A stretch of DNA of 64,000 nucleotides. Origin: Acanthaster planci. Lineage: Eukaryota. The stretch is taken from contig NW_019091356.1 of the NCBI RefSeq assembly GCF_001949145.1, positions 3,454,934-3,518,933 on the forward strand, read 5' to 3'. This document shows positions 13,297 to 24,277 of this stretch, in pieces. The notes under the pieces are model-generated. The model worked only from the letters and a program-made list of their open reading frames with translations. It did no database searches and was not told the DNA's origin. A program made the position numbers and the translations under genes. How positions within the stretch are numbered: position 1 is the first letter of the stretch; each line of letters opens with the position of its first letter.

Positions 13297-13601
13297 GCAT
13301 TGCCCCACGGCCGGCCTCCGCCCGCCCGGGGCTAGCTGCACCCCGGTAGTGCCATCTCCATACTTGAGGCTGTTCAGGCTACGCAGTAAATGTGACCGTG
13401 TGAAAAACTGCATGTACCCCGGTACTTAAACGTGAGGTATTGGATTTTTAGGAAACTGTGTTCGTTTAGGCCTATTTGTATTTCTTGTTTGCTTCTGTTT
13501 AACAAGGTTTTGTGTAGCATGGAACAAACACTTCAGACGTGGCCAAGAATTACATTAACCGAAACTGGTATTTTGTACAGTATACACATATATACAGTTG
13601 A

Positions 13602-13608
13602 TTTTATT
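13602..13608 (-). terminator. Candidate polyadenylation signal of kinase 2
   Basis: TTTATT on + (AATAAA on -) at the distal end of a long U-rich minus-strand 3' UTR. Confidence 0.45.
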
Positions 13609-13719
13609 TACAGTACAAATAAATGCAGATTTATAATCCCAATTGACACTATTATTTTGTACAATATCCTATGTATAGAATTCGTCCAGTGGTAAACCGT
13701 TTTGTAAGATGTCAAATTA

Positions 13720-14310
13720 TAGATATTTACAAACTGTAGCTGTAGGCCTACATTCATTTACAAAGTTTAACACATTTTGCCTGGACAGAATCACAAAGCA
13801 CATGGTCTTCTGTACAAAATAATATAAAACTCTATAGGTCTGTATTTACAGTGGAAACAAATACATTACTTTTTACAGTGTCTGTAATTAGCGAAAGTGA
13901 TTAGACCTACAGACCTGGCTGTCAGTTGCTTTCAGCACCAAAGGGCAAATAATTTGGTAAGAAACAGCAAATATATATCAACTGTAGCTATACATGTATT
14001 TACAAACTTGTTTGGATACAGTCTTCTGGTAAAATATATTACAAAAATACATCTGTATTTACCGTGACAATAAAATAGATACTACATGTGCTTTAATCTG
14101 TACAGTGTCTGAAATTAGAGAAAGTCACTAGACGTAGAGACCTAGCTGTCAGTTGTTTCCATCACCAACTGGCAAAAAAACCAAACCAAAACAAAAAAAA
14201 CAAATATTTACAAACTGTGGCTGTACATATATTTACAAACTTGATCACATTTTGTAAGGATACAGCCATAAATACAAAAATAAAACCAGTCTTTTGTACA
14301 ATATAGACAC
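13720..14310. repeat. Degenerate tandem duplication, about 230-250 bp x 2.5
   Basis: Repeated blocks TACAGTGTCTG(T/A)AATTAG..AAAGT..TAGAC.TA.AGACCT.GCTGTCAGTTG at about 13875 and 14101; recurring ATATTTACAAACTGT.GCT. Confidence 0.7.
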
Positions 14311-15540
14311 TATTTCTTAGTAAAATGTTTAAACAGCATTTAACAGTAACAACATTTTGCTGTCCAATGGCAGACCAATTAATTGATGTAAAACGGTGAA
14401 TATTTACAAACCTTTAGAAATATGTATTTACAAAATGTGACAAACATTTGTTCCGGTAATTATGAAGCACTGGTCTTATTTACATGATATTACTACAATA
14501 ATCTTCATTTACAGAAGAAATGCAGAGAGACTACTACATACTGAAATATTTATTTCTCTAGGAACTCGGATGTTCTCTACTGTCACCAAATATCTACCAA
14601 CTAAGGCTATTGATACATCCACAAACTTTGAATTGTGTGTACAGGTAGAGCAAAGAAAGAAAATTGCGGCAAAAATGAACATCTAGCTAACAATTTGATG
14701 ATTACTTGAGAGTCCATTGAGGAACACAGTAGCTCAAGAACTTTCATTGGTTTCATGTCACAGAATGACCCGACATTGAAATCTATATACACTAGATCTA
14801 TGACTAAATCTAACTATACAATATGTTGTTTGTTGTTTTTGTCTTGACTGACTTGCTTTGTGTAAGCTTAAAAATAGTATGTACATATATGTACACACAT
14901 CAATAAAAAAACAGCATTTTGAGAGATTATATTATATATACATATATATACATGTGTACTGAAAATCTTGGAGTACATATTTATCTTGGGTAGATCTGCA
15001 TAGTTAAAGAATTGATTACCATTAGCGCCCTGCATAATTAAATTAGGCTGACAGTGCTGATTACGGGATGGGCGAAAACCCTGCAAAAACCCATCAGGGA
15101 AAAACAGGGAAATTCCCACCCGGCTCCACGTTTCTGTGGCAACCAAGTTAGTCAACTCCGTAATCCAACACCATGCTTGGATCTACTGAGTATTACAAGG
15201 AGAGATATGCCTCATAATGTGCAGAAATCTAACTGAACGTTCACAAAGGTTGGAATTTAAATAAAATTAGACAAATGTCTCACAGAACCTTGTGCCAATT
15301 TAGGTAATTTTGTTTTGGTTTGTATTGGTCTACTCTTTGTTGTAATGCTTACTCACTGTAGCGTCCTGATGAAAATGGACACTATGCCGGTGAAAAAAGT
15401 TGATACTTCCTTATAATGTGTTGTGGGAGATTCTTAATAAGACCATAAACTTCCATATCTGAAGTAGACATAGGAGTACTTTCTGCATCAATGGCGCTGT
15501 GTAAAATAGCAATGTCATTGGCACTGACAACTTGATTTAG

Positions 15541-15690
15541 GTCCTCATCTGATGGGAATAGGGCACAGTAAATCATTGTCTCTGAGAACTGGGCAGGTCA
15601 GGCTTGGACAAGTCCTCATCTGATTGGAATATGGCAGAGTAAATCATTGTCTTTATGAGAATTGGGAAGGTCAAGCTAGGAAAAGTCCAC
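15541..15690. repeat. About 72-bp tandem duplication
   Basis: GTCCTCATCTGAT.GGAATA.GGCA.AGTAAATCATTGTCT..GAGAA.TGGG.AGGTCA occurs twice. Confidence 0.8.
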
Positions 15691-15806
15691 CTTACAGCAC
15701 AGGGGGGGGGGCTTTGAGTGGGCTTAAGATGCAGGCTTCAGGAGAGATAACCAACTGTAGATGGGAAAGCACTGCATTCTTTCTCCAGTGCGCCAGCCGT
15801 TGCACT

Positions 15807-18800
15807 CTAAGATGAACCCATTAGTATCTGGAGAGGAGGTGAAAACAAAATTGATTAGAAACTTTCTTGCGAATGTAAGATAAGCTTAAATCCATAAAAC
15901 AGCCCAAATTTTCATGTGTGACATATGAACAGAGCAAAGCAAAGGCTTGTCATATATTCATAGAACCTTTCTTTTACTTAATAAAAAGTACAAAGTATCT
16001 TTTAAAACATCTATCAAATATGAAGCGGATGCATGTAAGTATTACAAACCCCTACTCTCCATTAAAAAACATTATACAGAATCACTTTCCTGACTAAGTC
16101 AACAACATGCAATATTCATTCTAGTCTAATTCAATAACCCTAAAAATTCTTGTATTAACATCCATGCAGTCAACTGGCAATGTGCCAAATTCACTAAGTT
16201 TTATCTGCTTTACGCAATGCCTCAAACGGAGAGGTTGTAGGTCATTTTACAACATTTTTCTGTGAAGTTGGCTACTTACGGCACTTGAAGCAAACCCTAT
16301 ACATGTAACTGTTTCAGCTTAAAAATTATTGTCGAGACGTTGGTGTAGTAGTTCATAGAATTCATGGTTGGTGGTCATCTATGGTTTGTTAAAAAAATCA
16401 GTGGCAAATTGGGACAAATTGATTGTTATTAAACACAGTTTTGATAAAAATATGAACAAATGAGGAAACTTCAGTAGGAGAGTTTAACATTACAGTGTCC
16501 CTGAGGTACATTTTGGGGAAACAGTCAACATCCAAGCATCATATCGTTTTCTACATTTGAAATTTTGTGTGTGATCGGATAATGCTAAATTCAACTTACA
16601 AAGATCAAGGGGTATTTATGAAAGAGCAGTTGTGAAAAACAAAAGCAGGGGGTATGCAGGATGTTGACTATGAAATGGGGAATGTTTCATGGTGCACTGT
16701 ATCATGAATCCCTCCTACCCCAGTTTATTTCTCTTTCAAATGAATTGCCTCACAGTTGTTCATAACTGTCCAGTTGCAGCTGTTTCCTTTGAGACAGATC
16801 ATGAAAAAAAAGCACAGTTCTAGCCAAATTACAAGCCAGCAGGAATGGGTGACCCTGGAATAGCATCCCCCACTTTTGTAAATGAATGCAGATCATGTAA
16901 TCTTACATCCCATGGCAAAAATGGTGTTCCAATCTAACAGGCTTATTAAAGTATAAAACCCTAGCAAGGGCAGATTGGGGCAGGGGAACCACAGAGGCCG
17001 TGTCCCCCCAGCATTTTTTTAGTTTTTTTTTTTATAAAACCACACTAAACATTTTTTTGAATAGTATTTCTTTTGAAAACTGTACAAGAAAGTCCCAAAT
17101 GTGGCCTCATCCTTCAGAAAGGCTACGTTGGTTACATTAAATTCCCCATTTTTTCTGGTCCCCCCCAACCTGGGTCCCCTTTGAAGTTTAGGCACTAAAT
17201 TCTCTAAAAAGGCATTCTAGAGAATAAATATGTTCAAACAGAAGTCACCTTGCCACGTTCATCAATACACCAAACCCAATTCCTGCCATCCAGTGCTGTC
17301 ACAGCGTCCAGGTCATAGTTGCCTGGCCCAAAAGTGTGATGCCGATCCAAGGCGCTTCCGTTCTTCAGACTGAGCGTAAAGGGTGTTGGGATCTGAATCC
17401 AAGAAGTCAGTTTAGTGTAGAAAATGAACTTGTTTAATCAGCAGTTTGTCCTTTGATAAGTGCGAATCTCCTGATTTTAAGAAATCCTCATGAGAAACCG
17501 CAGCATGTTGCTGTAACATCTATTTAAGTTTGCACAGTCAAGTACCTGCATTGCACAGAGTGCAACTGAGTTTCAAATGATAACGCTGAAGAGTGCATAT
17601 TCGCTCTTCGCATGCTGCTGCCATACGCATGCAGAGCATCAACCTGGCAGCCGTTTCAGTGATGCCTGGGACGCTTAGCAATTTTGCGTGCGTTAACTAA
17701 GCTCTTATGCCATGTGATTGGACAATATTTCAAAAAGCTGTGTTGACGCGATTCTGAAGCGATTCCACAAACTGCCAGTTCGAGGCTCTGCATGCCTATG
17801 ATGGCAGGTTGCAAAGAGCGAATACACTAGCAACATGCCATTCCAACAAGATCCCATGGAACTGGCATTACTTTTCAGTGAAAATAAACTTTTCCACATT
17901 ACCTGCTTGCAAAGTGCCTCAGCCACATCTGCGGCAGTATTTGAAGATGGAGAGAGTTTTATCTTGACAGGTTCACAATCCCCGTAGTGGACAGTCACAA
18001 ATATACCTACAGTTACACATATGAGACATTTGTTCTTGAAGCAACCAGTCCATTAATACCTCGGTCTTTATGGAAATATTCAATACCAACTTTCTGTTTG
18101 TGCACGATCCCTCAAAGATCACAACACCAGAATACTGCGCAGTCCATCTTATCACAAAATTAGACCGTGGACCGCCAGTCCAGTCTTGTGCGATTCAAGT
18201 CGCAATTTGTGCTGCTTCACTCTCGTGCAGGCTAAGGAAAGGGTGAAGATGACACTACCCAAGTCAAATTTGAAAAGCCAACTTAAACGTCACGCGGATG
18301 GTGTAGTACGTGGATGAGCCTGATAATCACTTTTGGGGGGGATTTGGTCGTTGAATACAAAGAATAAGCCCACTAGAAGGGCTGTCCCTCGACATGTCTC
18401 CAACAGCGACATAATACTACAGTATCGTTGTACTATAGTATTTCCACTAATCGTTTGACTATGATGCATACTGTACTTGCAAAAGACTGATCTTTCTGGA
18501 CAGGCCAGACAAACATCTTTACTTTTCTCATTAACATGCTGGGTGCATCTGGGTTGACATGCACATGGATGAGGGCATAAAATATAGCTGGTTCTGTGTA
18601 CAAGAGAACGCTGAATCAAAACTGAATTGAAACTTTACGGGATACTCGCGATCAATGTTTTAATGTATGCAAAGTTAAAAACAAAATCAGTTGTATAACA
18701 GCCAGATCCCCCTCCCACAGTGAGATGCCCCCCCCAATGTGGTTCTTTCAAGGCTGAGCTCACAGAGGAGAATCTAAGATTTTCCAAAAGGTAGGGAGCG

Positions 18801-21800
18801 TGATTCCAGTTTTTTTTTTTAAGGGGGGGGGCTGTGAACTAAAGCAGTACATGTAATGATAAAATGCCCGTACGGCGTGGGGTCCGGTGCCATTTTGGAT
18901 TCCAGGCACTCTGTGGTGCAATTTCAGATTAGTATGACACCTCTTTTTTTCCTTCTCCTTCCCTCTGTCTTCTCTTTATTTATTTATTTTTTGGGTGAAA
19001 AGGGGGGGCGTGTCCCCACCCCTCGGATTTGCCCCTGCTTACCTTTGACACCATGGGGGATTGTACATGTATCTCTCTTCTCTGTTTCATCATGCGTCAG
19101 TGCTCCTGCTTCGTCAGTGGACAGACCATCCTCTGAAGTTTGTGAATCCACATTATTTAAGCTGTCATCCGGAGGTTGCCTGCTCAGAAGAAAAGAGGCA
19201 ATTGGAAGTGGTGTTAGTGCTATTTGTAAATATACAGCACAGATCTCTGAAGAACACTTCATGCATTGACATGAACCACATTAATTCAATTTTTTTAACC
19301 ATGTTCATTACTCAAATGATGGTCAGTCATTGTCAACTCCAGATACATGTATTGAGATCTGAAAAAATCTGTGTATGTTTATTTGAAAGTAATTTTTACA
19401 TTCAAGTACCGCCTAGACTGTTTACAACCAAGTTATTTGCTGTTTCGTGCTATCTCTGGATTTCATGCGATTACTTAGGAGGGGAAATCTTTCCAGATTT
19501 CTACCACATTCCTCCTTTTGTAAGGAAGTGGGTCGGGACAACTTATTACAGAGACAGACTCATTGAGCAACACCCATGTTCCTGTGAACATCACCAGTCA
19601 AGATTGGGTACCCATGACACGAAGACTCGGCTTCTGCATTGTCTGAGGAGGCTGCTTGTCCTTGTGCATGTATGACTGTGTCTATGGAACAGCCAATAAG
19701 CTGGCTGCAGCGGCTTCTAACGGATTCATGCAATGTTTCTGACCACAGCTAATGATAGGTACGGGAGTTCATCCACTCACCTCGTCTCACTGACAGCATA
19801 TTTGTTGGATTTATAATCAGCTGCTGGTGGTTCACTCACAGTAGCAGGAATGCTGTACAGTTGTTTCACTGTTTCATTAAGAGCATAAGAAAAGCGCTTA
19901 TGTCTAGAAAGTGTCATGTCACCTGTTCTGAATGACTACACTGACCTGTCTAAGGCCAGAAAATGTAGAACCACTTTACTTGTTTACTTCATGAAAACAT
20001 GTATGAGCTTTTTCAGTGTTCAGTAACTTTTTTGTGAAGCAACACTTACCGATACTCATGGGGCAAGCGTCAAAAACTTCTTTTGAAGTTGGCCTTTGGT
20101 TTAATGAAACCTTGTGTGCCCATTCGATGAACGTTCGGAGCTCCCCATTGGTTGATCTAGGTATATCCACATTTGGATAATCCTATTGAAGGATTGACAA
20201 GAACAAAAGCTTTTCCACTGAACAAATTCTATGCAGGAGAACCTTCGCAGCAATGGGATGTTGCTGTGAATTCTCCATTTGTTCAGTACGTACACTTAAA
20301 GTCTTGTGATTGCTTTTGAAGAAGTTGGGTGAGTCCATTTGATATATTCCTTCATTTCAAAAAGTCTTCCGCAGCAAGACAATGTTAATTAGTTGCTTCA
20401 GGGTTTAGTGCGACACTAGTTGGAGAGCCACATGAACAAAGTTTTTCAACCGAGTTTGCTAACAGGAACCAACTATACTTGGTTGTGGCTTCCATGAATG
20501 CGTACATGGATGTAATTTCCTGCTAATTTATTTGGACAATGTCTCATGTTTAGTGACTATTGCATCACAGTGCCCTACATCTAAACAGCTATGAAGGCTA
20601 CGGCCTAACAACAATGTGTAGAAAAACAGACTTGCACATGCAGAGTCGGAGCCACACACGAGACAGTGAAATGGAAAAACAAAAATACAGCAATTCAAAA
20701 ATTCAAACGGGAATTTCACACACCTGTTAAGTGCTCCGAGTTCACTGACTGAGTGATTCAGTGTTAAACTTTCTGATGTGTCATTTGTGCTGTGTGCTCC
20801 CTCACCCAATGAACCCGGTATGAGAAGTTATTTTCTGTAAGCTTACCCCGTATCGTTTCCCAATCCACAGAGCATGCCCCTTGAGCTGGAACATTAAAGT
20901 GCATATGGCAGACCAGACATCAACACGTCCATCATATGGTTCACCTCCTGATTAAAAAAAAAATGGAAACAGCATATGAAGTATCATAAATGTACGGCAG
21001 TGGAGAAAGAAGCACTGAACCAAGGAATTCCATCCATATGATCAACGTAAGCATTTCTGTCCTACAGATACATGTTTGTGTACATATTTGCTCATTACTT
21101 TCGATCTCAGGGGCCCTGTATGCTGCGTTTCCCTCTGGGCTGTAATCACTCGTAGTGTGCGTCCTGCCAGACAGTTTTACAGAGGTCCCAAAGTCAATCA
21201 GTTTGATGTACTCGGGCAGGTCTGAATTCGAAGGGAGAGACTTCACAAGGACGTTACTGGCTGCATTGAAGAAGAAAATTACGAAGGTGAAAACTTCAAT
21301 TTGTTTTCAGATGCTGAACTCAAGTTGAGTGCAGAAGCCCATAAGGGTCACAAGCAAACAAATCTGGGGAGTCCTCGTGGTTGGCATAGTGCTTCTTTCT
21401 TCGCCTTCCACCTCTGCAGTCTGGGCTTGATTCCCGTCATGGTCCGCGCATGGATTTGGTTTTCAATTTCTGCTACACATGATGGACAATGACATCATGT
21501 TGCAGAATTTGAGAGAAAAATAACTAAGAAACAAAAAGACGAAAAATATTGGCGGAAAGAATATCTCAAATCTTTACTCACGGTAAACATCTCTGTGAAT
21601 TATTTTCTTCTCATGCAGATACACCAGTGCTGCAAACAACTGCTGGATTATGACTACCGCTTCTCCTTGACCGATTGGTCTCCGGTCTACGCGCAACTGA
21701 AGTGTCTCATAGTTACAGTCATACTCCGACGCAAACATGATAGAGTTGTCATCACATATCAGACCAAACAGGCTATTAATGTTCCTGTGGTTGAGGCCAA

Positions 21801-23431
21801 CCCAAATATCAGACTCGCTGGACACAAAATGTCCCCATTCAACCTGAAAGCAGAAAAAAGTGTTGTTCCTATGGAGATTTTTTTTAAATAACAATCCACT
21901 TCACTTGTTTTGCATCAACTTTTATTGTCAATTTATCCACATTTTTAATTGGCCAAGGGTAGACAAATTATCCCACTCAAATGGATAACTCAATAATTTT
22001 TAAGCCTCTTGACAACTGAAGCAGTTGATGACTTACACATTTCAAAGCAGCCATCGCTCCTGAGGTGGTGTCTTGAATGACGTGGACTTTGCTGTGCGCA
22101 CCCTCTCCTACATTCTGTTTGATGCACTTAACCCCAAACTGTCCATTCTTGGGGACAAATCCGCTCTACAAACAACAGAACCTTAGTGTGACTCACTCAG
22201 ATTTCAAAATTAATTTGATATCACGATTTAGAGTGATTTAAGGAGACTAAAGGGAACTGTGATAGTTTCAGGAATGTTCAGATGTTCAGATGTGTACGGA
22301 TAACGATAATATACATGTATTGGTGCCTTTGAATGACATAATCGCTAGAAAAGATGGTAGGTGCCCCATAAATGCTCTGATATTATTTTCAGAGTTCGGG
22401 TAACATTGCCATCTGGAAATGGGGTTCATTAAATTTAGATTCGTTTTAACAATTAGCACTCTTCGTGTCATTTGAAGAAACTGAATATTTTAGATGAAAA
22501 ATCAGAAATTCACAAAGTCATGGTTGTCCCCATGACATTTGTTGGAACAAATCTCAAGAGTTGAGAAAGTTAGAGTCCCTGGACTTGAAATGTGAAAAGG
22601 TCTTGTTGCTCTTGAAAGAAAATACTGTTGCTAGAACTTGCTAATTCTTTCATGAAGAATATGAAGGACTTTGGTGTGGATATGCATAGTGCTTGAATTC
22701 ACTTTAACTGGACAATTTCAAGACTGATGCTGGAAATCCAATGACAATACCTTGGTGGAGAGTAGTCCTTCTTGTCCTCTTTCTAGGCTAAACTGTTTTG
22801 AAACAAGTTGTCCGGCAAAGGTGATCATATCATCCTCATCACCTGATCTCACCGTTGGTGGCAATCGCTGCCAATTATCAGTTTTCAGATCAGGAAGAGA
22901 TATTTGGCAGTCTTCTTCAGGTTGACTGGTGATGCCATCATCTGTGACATACCTTTCGAATGCTGCAGCGGAACCAGAGGAAGAGTGAGGGGTAGGCCTA
23001 ATGATGGGCGGAACAGTGGGTCCTTCGTCCCCCCCTCTGCCCACGTTCGCTTCATTGTCACCAGCCTCCGGTGGGCGTCTTTGGTCTTGGCTGTTCTCTC
23101 TTGGACTGGAAGACCATTGAGCTATCGGGACTCTTCCAGTTCTACCATGGTCTCCACCAACGTGCACCTTTGGGATTGCCCCAGTCTGTCTACATTCGGA
23201 ATCCCTGTGCCCGTCGTTTGTCGGAGACACAGCCTTTTCTGTCAACGTTAGCTCCTCCGCAGACGATGAATCACTCCCGTCTCTCTGAGGGTCTTCACAG
23301 CCTAAAGGATATGTTGTTTGACAGCCACTGTCATCTTCATCATCACTTAGTTTTGCTTTCACCAAATTACGACTTGCATCAGATGCTGCCATTTTTGGAA
23401 AGGATGCAATACGACCAGTTGTTTGGTACAT
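15807..23431 (-). CDS. MAP3K14: NF-kappaB-inducing kinase (NIK/MAP3K14)-like Ser/Thr kinase (kinase 2)
   Basis: Exons (minus): 23431 (or Kozak ATG 23392)-22751, 22165-22037, 21843-21582, 21260-21099, 20947-20847, 20182-20050, ambiguous linker exons within 19868-19595, 19219-19043, 18006-17903, 17392-17249, 15827-15807 (alternative read-through stop at 17234). Motifs: EGLLSTK, VGEGAHSKV, AALKC, IIHRDVYPSN, LIDFGTSV, GNAAYRAPE, GEPYDGRVDVWS, QRPTSKE. C-terminal GIFVTVH..AADVAEALCKQ|IPTPFTL..DLDAVTALDGRNWVW resembles the NIK C-terminal domain (GVKVQI..VGDIATGISSQ|IPAAAFSL..DLQCTLAPDGSFAWSW, recalled from human NIK). Confidence 0.85.
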
Positions 23432-23644
23432 TTAGAAAAACAACGTACGGTTGTACTATTTTCATCGGGGGTGGATGCAATATTTACAATGAGTCTTTCC
23501 AATTTATTTCTACAAAATACAGGTATGCTTGCTTTAGTCTTTGGTTTAATGAAGACAAGATCCCCATGCAAAAAACAGCTCTCTACGGAAACCGGTACCT
23601 TTTGGGGAATTCCCGACTGTGAGCAATTGCGTTGTTCGTGTTTG

Positions 23645-24277
23645 TGACGTGGCGGTGCAAAGTTATAGATGGCGCTCTGCCCAGTAACAATAACAGAGGC
23701 AGACGTTCGCGGAAGTCACTGCTTGGTCACGTGAGCGCGGGCGTGGTCACAGCAGCGCGAAGGCTATAAAAGGCGCGCGCAGTTAAGTACAGTAGTACTC
23801 GTCTATCTTGATCAAGGGCTGATCCTGAGGTAAGTATTAAGGGTCGAGAATCGTGTGCAAGGGTTAAAGTCACCTAGCCTAGTGTGTCTGTGCCTAAGTC
23901 CGAGTGGTGCGTGTGTTGTTGAGGGGCTAATTAGTGGTACGGTATAGTTCCTAATAGGAGCTTGCGGTCGATGCAAAGCGCATGGGCGGATTGCTATCTC
24001 GTGACGTGAGTTGCGTGTAGCGCTAGCGCAGCCCTGACAATGAGCCCCGTAGACTTGCTAAGTCCCTGATTCGGCACTGGATGTGCCCACAATTAATTGT
24101 GGTGTTCGCTGCTCTGGGAGAAATCTGGTCACGACACAGTCTCCCCGTCAATAGCGCCCTCTGCTGGTGTATTGTTTCAGTGTTTTGATGAATAAACCAG
24201 CCGCTTGTTAATTGTTGTATATAAGTCAGGTGTCCAGGCAAAGTTTATTTCAAGTCAGGTCTGTCCGGGCTACGTCA
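23645..24277 (+). mobile_element. Probable solo LTR (about 633 bp)
   Basis: TG..CA ends with inverted termini TGACGTGGC / GCTACGTCA, TATAAAA at about 23765, donor GAG|GTAAGT at about 23829, AATAAA at 24191, GC/CpG-rich. No clear TSD and no internal gag/pol. Confidence 0.5.
24154..24167 (-). promoter_or_regulatory. CTCF-like motif
   Basis: Reverse complement CCAGCAGAGGGCGC matches the canonical CTCF core; a weaker match lies at 6677-6690. Confidence 0.45.

Larger units (their letters stand above)
13589..14952 (-). promoter_or_regulatory. Cluster of Pumilio response elements (UGUAHAUA) in the predicted 3' UTR of kinase 2
   Basis: TATTTACA on + at 13605, 13724, 13843, 13997, 14205, 14230, 14401, 14425, 14477; TATATACA/TATGTACA at 13589, 14784, 14878, 14888, about 14935 and 14945. 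Confidence 0.6.

Noticed and set aside
15382..15576. 64-aa minus-strand ORF as a separate gene
   Set aside because: No recognisable domain; it overlaps a tandem duplication and fits within the kinase 2 3' UTR.
16491..16701. Tc1-like TACAGTG...CACTGTA ends; also GGGGCGTAGCC-type elements near 3016-3222 and 18764-19037
   Set aside because: Probably old MITE remnants, but the termini are too degenerate to delimit confidently.
21084..21098. Donor GTACAC extending the APE exon of kinase 2
   Set aside because: It creates TGA at the junction; the GTAATG donor after 21099 keeps the frame and matches the paralog.
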